From NCBI RefSeq assembly GCF_055900595.2, contig NZ_CM148325.1: a stretch of DNA of 64,000 nt. One strand, written 5' to 3'. Below are positions 45,904 through 56,637 of this stretch, in pieces (the stretch's first letter is position 1; each line of letters begins with the position of its first letter). The translations under genes and the position numbers were made by a program. The notes beneath the pieces were generated by a model. The model made no database searches and was not told the origin of the DNA. It saw only the letters and a list, made by a program, of their open reading frames with translations.

Positions 45904-46596
45904 ATGATTACAAGTATACGTTATCGCGGCTTCTCATTTTATTACAAAGATAATGATAATAAATATAAAGAAATCTTTGATGAAATACTGGCCTATAATT
46001 TTAAAACAGTAAAAGTATTACGTAATATTGATGATACCAAAGTATCGTTGATTGATACGAAATATGGTCGCTATGTTTTTAAAGTCTTTGCTCCGAAAAC
46101 GAAAAGGAATGAACGTTTTTTAAAATCTTTTGTAAAAGGTGACTACTATCAGAATTTGATCGTTGAAACCGATCGTGTCAGAAGTGCAGGTCTTACTTTT
46201 CCTAATGATTTTTATTTTCTGGCTGAGCGTAAAATTTTCAACTATGCCAGTGTTTTTATCATGCTTATCGAGTATGTCGAGGGCGTAGAGCTCAATGATA
46301 TGCCGATTATTCCAGAAAATGTTAAAGCAGAAATTAAGGCTTCAATGGAAAAATTGCATGCCTTAAATATGCTATCGGGCGACCCACACCGGGGTAACTT
46401 TATCGTTAGTAAAGATGGTGTCAGGATAATTGACCTATCCGGTAAAAGCTGTACGGCAGAGCGTAAAGCTCGTGATCGTCTGGCCATGGAACGTCACCTG
46501 GGTATTGCCAACGAAATAAAAGATTATGGCTACTATTCAGTAATCTACAGAACCAAACTACGCAAATTTATTAAAAAATTAAAAGGCAAAGCGTAA
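45904..46596 (+). CDS. waaY: LPS core heptose(II) kinase
   Basis: 230 aa; small kinase-like protein with DPHRGNF motif. Confidence 0.75.
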   Translation: MITSIRYRGFSFYYKDNDNKYKEIFDEILAYNFKTVKVLRNIDDTKVSLIDTKYGRYVFKVFAPKTKRNERFLKSFVKGDYYQNLIVETDRVRSAGLTFPNDFYFLAERKIFNYASVFIMLIEYVEGVELNDMPIIPENVKAEIKASMEKLHALNMLSGDPHRGNFIVSKDGVRIIDLSGKSCTAERKARDRLAMERHLGIANEIKDYGYYSVIYRTKLRKFIKKLKGKA

Positions 46597-46621
46597 ACCA
46601 CACAGTCAAAACGGAACCAAC

Positions 46622-47650
46622 ATGGATTTATTAGCTGAGAGTATTACTGAAGTCGCTGTCTCTGGGGAAATTGCTAACACCGATCGTGTGTTAAATATCG
46701 CTTACGGTATTGACCGTAATTTTTTATTTGGTGCGGCAGTATCTATGCAATCAGTTGTTATGCATAACCCAGACCTTGCGGTTAAGTTTCATCTCTTTAC
46801 CGACTACATTGATGAAGATTATCTACAACGTGTTAACGCTTTTACCAGCAAAAATGCTAACGTTGAAGTAAGAATTTATAAAGTCTCCAGTGTCTTTATT
46901 GATATCTTCCCCAGCCTGAAACAGTGGTCTTATGCAACATTCTTCCGTTTAGTTGCGTTCCAGTATCTGAGTGAAACTATTGAAAATCTGTTATATATCG
47001 ATGCTGATGTCATCTGTAAAGGCTCATTAGCTGGATTGCTTGATATTAATTTTGATGGCGATAAATTCGCAGCTGTTATTAAAGATGTGCCTTTTATGCA
47101 GGAAAAACCAGCGAAGCGTCTGGCTATAGAGGGGCTTCCAGGGAATTATTTCAACGCCGGTGTAGTATATCTGCAGCTTGAAGCGTGGGCGAAAAATGAT
47201 TTTATGAATAAAGCCATTGCTATGCTGGCAAGTGACCCGCAGCACACGAAGTATAAATGCCTTGATCAGGATATTTTAAATATTCTGTTCTTTGGTCATT
47301 GTATTTTTATTAGCGGCGATTATGATTGCTTTTATGGCATTGACTATGAGTTAAAAAATAAAAGCGATGAAGATTATAAAAAGACCATTACCGATGATAC
47401 TAAGCTGATTCATTATGTTGGCGTAACGAAGCCCTGGAACGACTGGACGAATTATCCCTGCCAGAAGTATTTTAATGAGGCTTATCAAGCTTCTTGCTGG
47501 AATGATGTGGCGTTTATTCCAGCCACGAATGAAAAACAGTATCAAGTGAAATCCAGACATTTGAAAAGAAATGGTAATATTGCATCTTCATTTTACTATT
47601 TCATGCTCTATTATAGTAAGAAAATAGCGCGTAAGCATTTTTCCAAATAA
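46622..47650 (+). CDS. LPS outer-core alpha-glycosyltransferase, GT8 family (WaaW-like position)
   Basis: 342 aa; GT8 motif YIDADVICKG. Confidence 0.6.
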   Translation: MDLLAESITEVAVSGEIANTDRVLNIAYGIDRNFLFGAAVSMQSVVMHNPDLAVKFHLFTDYIDEDYLQRVNAFTSKNANVEVRIYKVSSVFIDIFPSLKQWSYATFFRLVAFQYLSETIENLLYIDADVICKGSLAGLLDINFDGDKFAAVIKDVPFMQEKPAKRLAIEGLPGNYFNAGVVYLQLEAWAKNDFMNKAIAMLASDPQHTKYKCLDQDILNILFFGHCIFISGDYDCFYGIDYELKNKSDEDYKKTITDDTKLIHYVGVTKPWNDWTNYPCQKYFNEAYQASCWNDVAFIPATNEKQYQVKSRHLKRNGNIASSFYYFMLYYSKKIARKHFSK

Positions 47651-47681
47651 TTATTAAGACTAATCATCCAGGGATTTTTTA

Positions 47682-48455
47682 ATGAACTTGCCCATTTATA
47701 TTGTCTCACTTAAAAGAGATATTGAGCGAAGAAATAAAATAAATGATGTCTTTCATCGATTAAACATTAATTTTGATTTTTTTGATGCCATAGATGCTAA
47801 AGATCCTCAAAATAAAGAAATTATTAATGAAATGAGATTAAGTGGTGTCGGCGCAGAAATGACTGATGGAGAAATTGCTTGTACGTTAAGTCATCAGCTT
47901 ATATATCAGGATATGATAGATAAAAATATAGAATGGGCAGTCATTCTAGAGGACGATGTTATCGTCAATGAGAAATTTAAAAATTTCCTTCAATACTTTA
48001 ATCCTTCTGAAAAAGACAAGTTAAAATATAATAATTTGTATTTGCTTGGAGGTCAGAAAGGATTACATGATTATCCAGTATTGGGGCAAAGCCTTTTTAG
48101 TAAAGTTAAGGTAAGTACTTGTATTTTTCGTCGTGTTAATTTTAATAAAAATAAAATTCGTCGTACATGTTCATATTTGATGAATAACGATATGGCACTA
48201 AAGTTGCTCAAATTGACAAAGGATTATGGCACCTATCGAGCTGATAGCTGGAAGTTAATGCATCAACATAATATTATAAAAGATTTTTATTTAGACGAAA
48301 TAATATTACATCCTATTTTAAATGAGTTTAATAGTCACCTTGAAAGTGAAAGGCTTTTAATATCGGAAAAAAAACAACCCAGGACAAGGCTTCAGAAAAA
48401 AATGAAGTTTATACGTTCCTGGATAAAGGTGGCTTTTTTTTCTCTTTTGAAATGA
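47682..48455 (+). CDS. LPS outer-core beta-glycosyltransferase, GT25 family (WaaV/WaaX-like)
   Basis: 257 aa; GT25 (Lic2A/LgtB-like) N-terminal pattern IYIVSLKRDIERRNKI...FFDAID. Confidence 0.55.
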   Translation: MNLPIYIVSLKRDIERRNKINDVFHRLNINFDFFDAIDAKDPQNKEIINEMRLSGVGAEMTDGEIACTLSHQLIYQDMIDKNIEWAVILEDDVIVNEKFKNFLQYFNPSEKDKLKYNNLYLLGGQKGLHDYPVLGQSLFSKVKVSTCIFRRVNFNKNKIRRTCSYLMNNDMALKLLKLTKDYGTYRADSWKLMHQHNIIKDFYLDEIILHPILNEFNSHLESERLLISEKKQPRTRLQKKMKFIRSWIKVAFFSLLK

Positions 48456-48489
48456 GATTGTTAATTTCAATTTATTGTGAGATATTAAC

Positions 48490-49743
48490 GTGGAAGTAAA
48501 AATTGAGCAATTTCGAAATAATAGCTGTAATTTTATTTTTTTATTATATTTAATCGGTTTGTTGTTTGTGCCAATTGATCTAAATATTACCACTAAAATA
48601 ATTAATGCTACAGGTGCATTTTCTCTTTTTTTATTAATTGTAAATAACAAGCATAATTATAATAAAAATATCATTATATTAATTCTTGGCTTACTTCTTT
48701 TGGGTGCAATGAACCTGATATGGTATGAGTTTTATAAAACAGAAGATGTAGTATATAGAAATGCTTATCGAGGCTATCTTGAGTCTGGAAAACTATTAGT
48801 ATTTAGCTCGTTGACATTTTTATTACTAAGTAAAAATAAATTCAGGCAAAATGAAAAGCTACATTTTATTTCAGCTATCTTAGTTCAAATAATCATGCTA
48901 TGTAGAGCATATTATCAAGGGATATATTTGCATGCAGACCGCATTCCCCTCTCCGCCATGAATGGGAATATTGGTCAGATGGGGGCAGCGACTATTGCGG
49001 CTTATGTGATTACATTCACTACTTTATATTCTTCAATTGTATTCATCAAAATGCAATCGAAATATAAATGGTTTCTATTTTATGCTAACTTTGCTTTAAG
49101 CTTTGCAGCAGTAATGATGACAGGAACGCGTGCGGCAATTTTCACATTCCCACTTATGATTATGGTCATATTATTTCTTCAGCATCGTGATCAAAAAGTG
49201 TTTTTATTTAAAGGATTGAGTGGTGTTTTTATATTGCTACTTGCTTGTGGTTTGATATTTAATAAGGAAATTGAGAGGCGAATTAATTCATTAAAAGCTG
49301 ATGTTATTTCATATGCTACAAAAAATAACAGTCAATCCTCGGTCGGAGCACGTTTTGCAATGGTTAATGCAGGAATTAAAGGAAGTCCTGATGGTTTTAA
49401 TTGGCAATCTCTTGAGCAGCGTGCTGAAAAGATAAAAGCATTAAGTGCAGAAAATAATATTTATAGTGGAGCTTTATTATTCCTTGATGTACATATGCAT
49501 AATGAAATTGTTGAAGCTCTTTCCACGAAAGGGAAAATTGGTCTTCTTGTTCTTATTATGTTCTATGTTGCAATGATCTACTACTGTATCCGGGAGAAAA
49601 AATATATACTTTTGGTTTTCCCTGCTTCTATTATGTTATTTGGCATTAGTGATGTCATTACGCATGCTAAACCAATACCGGCATCGTGGATTGTGTGCCT
49701 CTTCCTGTCTATATCGTTTTTGAGTAAAAAAGAACCACAATAA
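48490..49743 (+). CDS. waaL: O-antigen ligase (start codon uncertain)
   Basis: 417 aa, very hydrophobic polytopic protein with large periplasmic loop; last gene of outer-core operon; AT-rich. Confidence 0.75.
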   Translation: MEVKIEQFRNNSCNFIFLLYLIGLLFVPIDLNITTKIINATGAFSLFLLIVNNKHNYNKNIIILILGLLLLGAMNLIWYEFYKTEDVVYRNAYRGYLESGKLLVFSSLTFLLLSKNKFRQNEKLHFISAILVQIIMLCRAYYQGIYLHADRIPLSAMNGNIGQMGAATIAAYVITFTTLYSSIVFIKMQSKYKWFLFYANFALSFAAVMMTGTRAAIFTFPLMIMVILFLQHRDQKVFLFKGLSGVFILLLACGLIFNKEIERRINSLKADVISYATKNNSQSSVGARFAMVNAGIKGSPDGFNWQSLEQRAEKIKALSAENNIYSGALLFLDVHMHNEIVEALSTKGKIGLLVLIMFYVAMIYYCIREKKYILLVFPASIMLFGISDVITHAKPIPASWIVCLFLSISFLSKKEPQ

Positions 49744-49790
49744 TAAAAACGTTGATTAAGTAAGTGGGTATAATGCCCACTTACTATTTA

Positions 49791-50750
49791 TTAAATCAAT
49801 GTAATTTCTTTATAAACAGCCGCTGCTTCTAAATTATTTAAACTCTTTAGCGGAGCCCTACAAACCATCTGATTCTTCCCATACCCGCCAATTAATCCCG
49901 GATCGGTTGGCCCATAAACCGTGATATTGGGTCTATCCAGTGCCGCCGTTAAATGGCTTAACCCCGTATCCACCGACACCACAAATTTAGCCCCCGCCAG
50001 CACACAAGCAACGCCTTCCAGACTCATCTTCGGCAATACGTCGACATAATCAAATCCTTCCGCCAGTCTTTTTGCCCGCTCTTCTTCATGCGGCGCGCCC
50101 CACGGAAGTTTAATGCGAATCCCTGAATCTGCCAGTAAACCAATCAACTCTCGCCAGTGTGCTTCCGGCCAGTGTTTATCATCACGGGTTGTTGCATGAA
50201 GAAATACGGCATATTCGCCAGCATCTGTCGGCAGGTTCGTCAGGAAATGCTGCGCAATGGCATAATCGCCCTGAGTCTGCGGTTTGCTGTAACCCAGACT
50301 TTTGGCAAACAGTTCGCGGGTGCGTTCTACGGCGTGCTGCTGTTTTGCAATATGATGCTTACGATTGTAAAACAGGCTGGCTAAGGGTTCGCGAGCGGTT
50401 TGCCAGTCCATTCCATGCTTTACGCCATGCGCCAGACGCGTCACCAGCGCCGCGCTTTTTACCAGCCCCTGAGCGTCGATAATTGCGTCATAGTTCTCTG
50501 CTTGTAGCGCTTCACGAAACGCTTTCCGTTCAGCTTTTATGGGGGCCGAGAACCAGGCTTTACGCCAGCGACGTATTGCCACAGGAATAACTCGCTCAAC
50601 GGCAGCGTGCCAGGAAGGAATCTGTGCGAACCCTTCTTCCACCACCCAGTCAAACTTAATCCCTGGGATTGCCTGCTGGGCATCAGTGAGTGCGGGCAGC
50701 GTATGGAGAACATCGCCCATCGACGATGTTTTAACGATCAGAACCCGCAT
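49791..50750 (-). CDS. waaC: LPS heptosyltransferase I
   Basis: 319 aa GT9; hldD-waaF-waaC operon. Confidence 0.9.
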   Translation of the reverse strand: MRVLIVKTSSMGDVLHTLPALTDAQQAIPGIKFDWVVEEGFAQIPSWHAAVERVIPVAIRRWRKAWFSAPIKAERKAFREALQAENYDAIIDAQGLVKSAALVTRLAHGVKHGMDWQTAREPLASLFYNRKHHIAKQQHAVERTRELFAKSLGYSKPQTQGDYAIAQHFLTNLPTDAGEYAVFLHATTRDDKHWPEAHWRELIGLLADSGIRIKLPWGAPHEEERAKRLAEGFDYVDVLPKMSLEGVACVLAGAKFVVSVDTGLSHLTAALDRPNITVYGPTDPGLIGGYGKNQMVCRAPLKSLNNLEAAAVYKEITLI

Positions 50751-50753
50751 CCG

Positions 50754-51800
50754 TCAGGCTTCCTCTTGTAACAATAGCGCGTTGAGTTCTTCCAGTACGC
50801 GCTGGGGAGTAATGTCGATCAAGCTCTGGTGATAACCCTCCGCAGCGTCACCTTTACGCACTTTGTGATAGCCGGTAATCAGGCGGATCACGCGCGCTTT
50901 ATGGGATAGTGGCGGTGTGAAGTCCGGGCTACTCGGACCATACAGGGCAACCAGCGGACGATTGAGCGCCGCCGCAACGTGCATCAGGCCAGAATCGTTA
51001 GTGACAATGGCTTTACAGGCTGCAATCAGGATAACCGCTTGATCAAGCTGTGTTTCCCCCGCCAGGTTCCGGCACCATGCCTGCTGCTCGGTATTCAAAG
51101 CGGCAAGAATCTCATTGCCCGCTTCATGATCTTTCGCCGAGCCAAACAGAACCACCTGATAACCTTCATCAATCAGCTGCTTTGCCAGCTCCGCATAGTG
51201 GTAGTGTGGCCAGCGTTTTGCCGGACCAAACTCCGCTCCGGGGCAAAAGCCAATCATCGGACGTTCTGATGAGAGCGAAAATTGATTACAGGTATATGAT
51301 TTTTCACCTTCGCTCACCTGCAACTGCGGCCATAACAATGGCTGCGGCAGATCTTGTGCGGTACGCATAATGCCTTTGTCATAGGCTAGCGCGACATAGC
51401 GTTCCACCATTAGCGGCCAGGCTTCTTTATCGAGCACGCGTACATCGTTAAGTAAACCGTAGCGCATCTCGCCGCGCCAGCCGGTGCGATGAGGAATACC
51501 CGCGAAGAAAGGCACTAATGCGGACTTGAAGGAGTTGGGTAAGACGTAGGCGCGGTCGTAGCGCTTTTCACGCAGACTATGACCCAGTTTGCGGCGTTCG
51601 CCGATTTCCAGCGCTCCGTGACCGAGAGGCATAGGGATAGCTTCGTTAACTTCCGGCATCCGCGATAACAATGGACGGCACCATGCCGGTGCCATCACGT
51701 CGATTATCGCCTGGGGATAGCGCGCCTGGAGCGTGCGATAGAGACTTTGCGACATCATCATGTCGCCAACCCAAGACGGGCCGATCACCAGTATTTTCAT
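50754..51800 (-). CDS. waaF: LPS heptosyltransferase II
   Basis: 348 aa GT9. Confidence 0.9.
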   Translation of the reverse strand: MKILVIGPSWVGDMMMSQSLYRTLQARYPQAIIDVMAPAWCRPLLSRMPEVNEAIPMPLGHGALEIGERRKLGHSLREKRYDRAYVLPNSFKSALVPFFAGIPHRTGWRGEMRYGLLNDVRVLDKEAWPLMVERYVALAYDKGIMRTAQDLPQPLLWPQLQVSEGEKSYTCNQFSLSSERPMIGFCPGAEFGPAKRWPHYHYAELAKQLIDEGYQVVLFGSAKDHEAGNEILAALNTEQQAWCRNLAGETQLDQAVILIAACKAIVTNDSGLMHVAAALNRPLVALYGPSSPDFTPPLSHKARVIRLITGYHKVRKGDAAEGYHQSLIDITPQRVLEELNALLLQEEA

Positions 51801-51809
51801 GCAGAGCTC

Positions 51810-52742
51810 TTATGCGTCGCGATTCAGCCAGGCCATATATTCCGTTACGCCTTCGGCAACGGTTTTGAACGGTTTATCGTAACCCGCCGCGCGCAGATTC
51901 GTCAGATCCGCCTGAGTGAATGCCTGATAGCGGCCTTTCAGTTTATCCGGGAACGGAATGTATTCGATCTGGCCTTTCTTGTGATAAGCAAGCGTAGCAT
52001 CCGCTACTGCCTGGAAGGATTCTGCACGACCGGTACCGAGGTTGAAGATGCCGGATACGCCATTTTCCAGGAACCACAGATTCACATCAGCCACGTCGCC
52101 CACATAGACGAAGTCACGTTTGAAGTTCTCGCTACCTTCGAACAGCTTCGGTGATTCACCGTTGTTAAGCTGAGTGTTGAGATGGAAAGCGACGCTCGCC
52201 ATGCTGCCTTTATGGCCTTCACGCGGTCCATAAACGTTGAAATAGCGGAAGCCAACAATCTGCGAGTTCGCTTCTGGCAGGATTTGGCGAACATATTCAT
52301 CAAACAGGAATTTTGAGTAACCGTAGACGTTCAACGGTTTTTCGTACTCGCGGGATTCAATAAAGTCGGAGGTGCGACCGCCGTAAGTGGCCGCGGAAGA
52401 GGCATACAGGAACGGGATTTCGCGTTCCAGACAGTAGTGCAGCAGCTCTTTGGAGTATTGATAGTTGTTATCCATCATATACTTGCCATCCCACTCGGTG
52501 GTGGAAGAGCACGCGCCTTCGTGGAAAATCGCTTCGACATCGCCGAACTCTTCGCCAGCCATAATCTGGATCAGGAAGTCTTCCTTATCCATATAGTCCG
52601 CGATATTCAGATCCACCAGGTTCACAAACTTGGTGCCGTCTTTCAGGTTGTCCACCACCAGAATATCGGTGATGCCTTTATCATTCAGGGCCTTAACGAT
52701 GTTGCTGCCGATAAAGCCCGCGCCGCCGGTAACGATGATCAT
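51810..52742 (-). CDS. hldD: ADP-L-glycero-D-manno-heptose 6-epimerase
   Basis: 310 aa; Rossmann motif [11 protein letters not shown]. Confidence 0.95.
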
Positions 52743-52955
52743 AACTGTAACCTTCGAATTATGGAGTCAGAGACAATCTCAGACACGAATGCTTCTATCA
52801 TATCACTACACGGCGTTCGCTTCAGCCATTCGCCAAAAGTGAGATTGATGGACGTTATTTATCCTGAATTTTGCAGAAGTGTTAACGCGTCATCTCGTCG
52901 CAACCTATAAGTTTGGGTAATATGTGCTGGAATTTGCCCTGTCTGGAGAATCGCA

Positions 52956-54152
52956 ATGCGTGGAGAATTTTATCAGCAGTTAACCAACGATCTGGAAACC
53001 GCAAGGGCGGAAGGGTTGTTTAAAGAAGAGCGCATTATTACGTCTGCGCAACAAGCAGACATCACTGTGGCTGATGGAAGCCACGTCATTAACTTTTGTG
53101 CCAATAACTATCTCGGACTGGCGAATCATCCGGATCTGATTGCGGCGGCAAAGGCGGGAATGGATTCTCACGGTTTCGGCATGGCTTCGGTGCGTTTTAT
53201 TTGCGGCACTCAGGACAGCCATAAAGAGCTTGAACAAAAACTGGCGGCCTTCCTGGGGATGGAAGATGCGATTCTCTACTCTTCCTGCTTTGATGCTAAC
53301 GGTGGCCTGTTTGAAACGCTGCTGGGCGCGGAAGACGCCATTATCTCCGACGCACTGAACCACGCGTCTATTATTGATGGTGTGCGTCTGTGCAAAGCTA
53401 AACGCTATCGTTATGCCAACAACGATATGCAGGAGCTGGAAGCACGTCTGAAAGAAGCGCGTGAAGCCGGTGCGCGTCATATGCTGATTGCCACCGATGG
53501 TGTGTTCTCAATGGACGGCGTGATTGCCAACCTGAAAGGTGTTTGCGATCTCGCCGATAAATACGATGCGCTGGTGATGGTGGATGACTCTCACGCGGTC
53601 GGTTTTGTCGGTGAAAACGGTCGTGGCTCCCATGAATACTGCGATGTGATGGGCCGGGTCGATATTATCACCGGCACGCTCGGTAAAGCGCTGGGTGGCG
53701 CTTCTGGTGGTTATACCGCGGCGCGCAAAGAAGTGGTTGAGTGGCTGCGCCAGCGTTCTCGTCCGTACCTGTTCTCCAACTCGTTGGCACCGGCCATTGT
53801 TGCCGCTTCCATCAAAGTGCTGGAGATGGTTGAAGCGGGTAGCGAGCTGCGTGACCGTCTGTGGGCGAACGCGCGTCAGTTCCGTGAGCAAATGTCGGCG
53901 GCGGGCTTTACCCTGGCGGGTGCCGATCACGCCATTATTCCGGTCATGCTTGGCGATGCTGTAGTGGCGCAAAAATTTGCACGTGAACTGCAAAAAGAGG
54001 GCATTTACGTCACCGGTTTCTTCTATCCGGTCGTTCCTAAAGGTCAGGCGCGTATTCGTACCCAGATGTCTGCGGCGCATACCCCTGAGCAAATTACGCG
54101 TGCGGTAGAAGCGTTCACGCGTATTGGTAAACAACTGGGCGTAATCGCCTGA
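52956..54152 (+). CDS. kbl: 2-amino-3-ketobutyrate CoA ligase (glycine C-acetyltransferase)
   Basis: 398 aa PLP-dependent class II aminotransferase family. Confidence 0.95.
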   Translation: MRGEFYQQLTNDLETARAEGLFKEERIITSAQQADITVADGSHVINFCANNYLGLANHPDLIAAAKAGMDSHGFGMASVRFICGTQDSHKELEQKLAAFLGMEDAILYSSCFDANGGLFETLLGAEDAIISDALNHASIIDGVRLCKAKRYRYANNDMQELEARLKEAREAGARHMLIATDGVFSMDGVIANLKGVCDLADKYDALVMVDDSHAVGFVGENGRGSHEYCDVMGRVDIITGTLGKALGGASGGYTAARKEVVEWLRQRSRPYLFSNSLAPAIVAASIKVLEMVEAGSELRDRLWANARQFREQMSAAGFTLAGADHAIIPVMLGDAVVAQKFARELQKEGIYVTGFFYPVVPKGQARIRTQMSAAHTPEQITRAVEAFTRIGKQLGVIA

Positions 54153-54165
54153 GTGAGGATGTGAG

Positions 54166-55191
54166 ATGAAAGCGTTATCCAAACTGAAAGCGGAAGAGGG
54201 CATCTGGATGACCGACGTTCCTGAACCGGAACTCGGACATAACGATCTGCTGATTAAAATCCGTAAAACAGCCATCTGCGGGACTGACGTTCACATCTAT
54301 AACTGGGATGAGTGGTCGCAAAAAACCATCCCAGTACCGATGGTTGTAGGCCATGAATATGTCGGTGAGGTGGTTGGCATCGGTCAGGAAGTGAAAGGCT
54401 TCAAGATCGGCGATCGCGTTTCTGGCGAAGGCCATATCACTTGTGGTCATTGCCGCAACTGTCGTGGTGGCCGTACCCATTTGTGCCGCAACACGATAGG
54501 CGTTGGTGTTAATCGCCCGGGCTGCTTCGCCGAATATCTGGTGATCCCGGCATTCAACGCCTTCAAAATCCCCGACAATATCTCCGATGACTTAGCCGCA
54601 ATTTTCGACCCGTTCGGTAACGCCGTGCATACCGCGCTGTCGTTTGATCTGGTGGGCGAGGATGTGCTGGTCTCTGGTGCAGGCCCGATTGGTATTATGG
54701 CGGCGGCGGTGGCGAAACACGTTGGTGCACGTAACGTGGTGATTACTGATGTTAACGAATACCGCCTTGAGTTGGCGCGTAAAATGGGTATCACCCGTGC
54801 GGTTAACGTCGCTAAAGAGAACCTCAATGATGTGATGGCAGAACTGGGCATGACCGAAGGCTTTGATGTTGGTCTGGAAATGTCCGGTGCGCCGCCAGCG
54901 TTTCGTACAATGCTCGACACCATGAACCACGGCGGTCGCATTGCGATGCTGGGTATTCCGCCGTCTGATATGTCTATCGACTGGACCAAAGTGATCTTTA
55001 AGGGCTTGTTCATTAAAGGTATTTACGGTCGTGAGATGTTTGAAACCTGGTACAAGATGGCGGCGCTGATTCAGTCTGGCCTCGATCTCTCGCCGATCAT
55101 TACCCATCGTTTCTCTATCGATGATTTCCAGAAGGGCTTTGACGCTATGCGTTCGGGCCAGTCCGGGAAAGTTATTCTGAGCTGGGATTAA
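54166..55191 (+). CDS. tdh: L-threonine 3-dehydrogenase
   Basis: 341 aa zinc-dependent MDR dehydrogenase (GHEYVGEV, Cys-rich structural zinc site). Confidence 0.95.
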   Translation: MKALSKLKAEEGIWMTDVPEPELGHNDLLIKIRKTAICGTDVHIYNWDEWSQKTIPVPMVVGHEYVGEVVGIGQEVKGFKIGDRVSGEGHITCGHCRNCRGGRTHLCRNTIGVGVNRPGCFAEYLVIPAFNAFKIPDNISDDLAAIFDPFGNAVHTALSFDLVGEDVLVSGAGPIGIMAAAVAKHVGARNVVITDVNEYRLELARKMGITRAVNVAKENLNDVMAELGMTEGFDVGLEMSGAPPAFRTMLDTMNHGGRIAMLGIPPSDMSIDWTKVIFKGLFIKGIYGREMFETWYKMAALIQSGLDLSPIITHRFSIDDFQKGFDAMRSGQSGKVILSWD

Positions 55192-55243
55192 CACGAACAA
55201 GGGCTGGAATACCAGCCCTTGAAGCTGATGGCAAACACAAAAT

Positions 55244-55343
<100 letters not shown>

Positions 55344-55602
55344 TAAACAAAGCGCACTTGGTCTACAATCTGAAAATCCAAAATACCAGCCCTTTTCCCT
55401 GAGGATAATCTGTTAAATATGTAAAATCCTGTCAGTGTAATAAAGAGTTCGTAATTGCGCTGATCTCTTATATAGCTGTTCTCATTATCTCTCTACCCTG
55501 AAGTGACTCTCTCACCTGTAAAAATAATATCTCACAGGCTTAATGGTTTCTTAATACAAAGCCTGTAAAACATCAGGATAACTTCAGAGGTCGTCGGTAT
55601 TT

Positions 55603-56637
55603 ATGATGAACAGCACCAATAAACTCAGTGTTATTATCCCGTTATATAATGCGGGAGATGATTTCCGTACTTGCATGGAATCTTTAATCGCGCAAACCTG
55701 GACTGCTCTGGAAATCATTATTATTAACGATGGTTCAACGGATAATTCTGTTGAAATAGCAAAGCATTACGCGGAAATCTATCCGCACGTTCGTTTGCTG
55801 CATCAGGCGAATGCTGGCGCATCGGTAGCGCGTAATCGTGGGATCGAGGCAGCGACGGGTAAATATGTCGCTTTTGTCGATGCTGATGATGAGGTCTATC
55901 CCACCATGTACGAAACGCTGGTGACGATGGCCGAGCAGGACAACCTTGACGTGGCGCAGTGCAACGCTGACTGGTGTTTTCGTGAAACGGGAGAAACCTG
56001 GCAGTCCATCCCCACCGATCGCCTTCGCTCAACCGGCGTATTAACCGGCCCGGACTGGCTGCGAATGGGGCTTTCTTCCCGCCGTTGGACTCATGTTGTC
56101 TGGATGGGCATTTATCGTCGTGATGTCATTGCTAAAAATAACATTAAATTTATTGCCGGATTACATCATCAGGATATTGTCTGGACAACAGAATTTATGT
56201 TTAACGCGCAACGCGTGCGATATACCGAGCAATCGTTATATAAATATTATTTGCATAATACGTCAGTGAGCCGATTGAATAGACAGGGAAATAAAAACCT
56301 TAATTATCAACGCCACTATATTAAGATTACCCGACTGTTGGAAAAGTTAAATCGCGATTACGCAGACAGAATAGTGATTTACCCGGAATTTCATCAACAA
56401 ATAACTTACGAAGCATTACGTGTTTGCCATGCGGTACGTAAAGAGCCAGATATTATTACCCGCCAACGGATGATTGCTGAGATATTTACTTCCGGTATGT
56501 ATAAGCGCCTGATTTCCAATGTACGCAGCATAAAGGTGGGTTATCAGGCGTTACTGTGGTCTTTCCGCTTATGGCAATGGCGCGACAAAACGCGGTCGCA
56601 CCATCGCATTACGCGTAGCGCCTTTAATTTGCGCTAG
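55603..56637 (+). CDS. waaH: GT2-family LPS glycosyltransferase WaaH (YibD)
   Basis: 344 aa; GT2 motifs SVIIPLYN and DADD. Confidence 0.8.
   Translation: MMNSTNKLSVIIPLYNAGDDFRTCMESLIAQTWTALEIIIINDGSTDNSVEIAKHYAEIYPHVRLLHQANAGASVARNRGIEAATGKYVAFVDADDEVYPTMYETLVTMAEQDNLDVAQCNADWCFRETGETWQSIPTDRLRSTGVLTGPDWLRMGLSSRRWTHVVWMGIYRRDVIAKNNIKFIAGLHHQDIVWTTEFMFNAQRVRYTEQSLYKYYLHNTSVSRLNRQGNKNLNYQRHYIKITRLLEKLNRDYADRIVIYPEFHQQITYEALRVCHAVRKEPDIITRQRMIAEIFTSGMYKRLISNVRSIKVGYQALLWSFRLWQWRDKTRSHHRITRSAFNLR

Noticed and set aside
54447-55200. Two overlapping minus-strand ORFs (188 and 202 aa)
   Set aside because: Antisense to tdh, whose identity is secure; no motif support.
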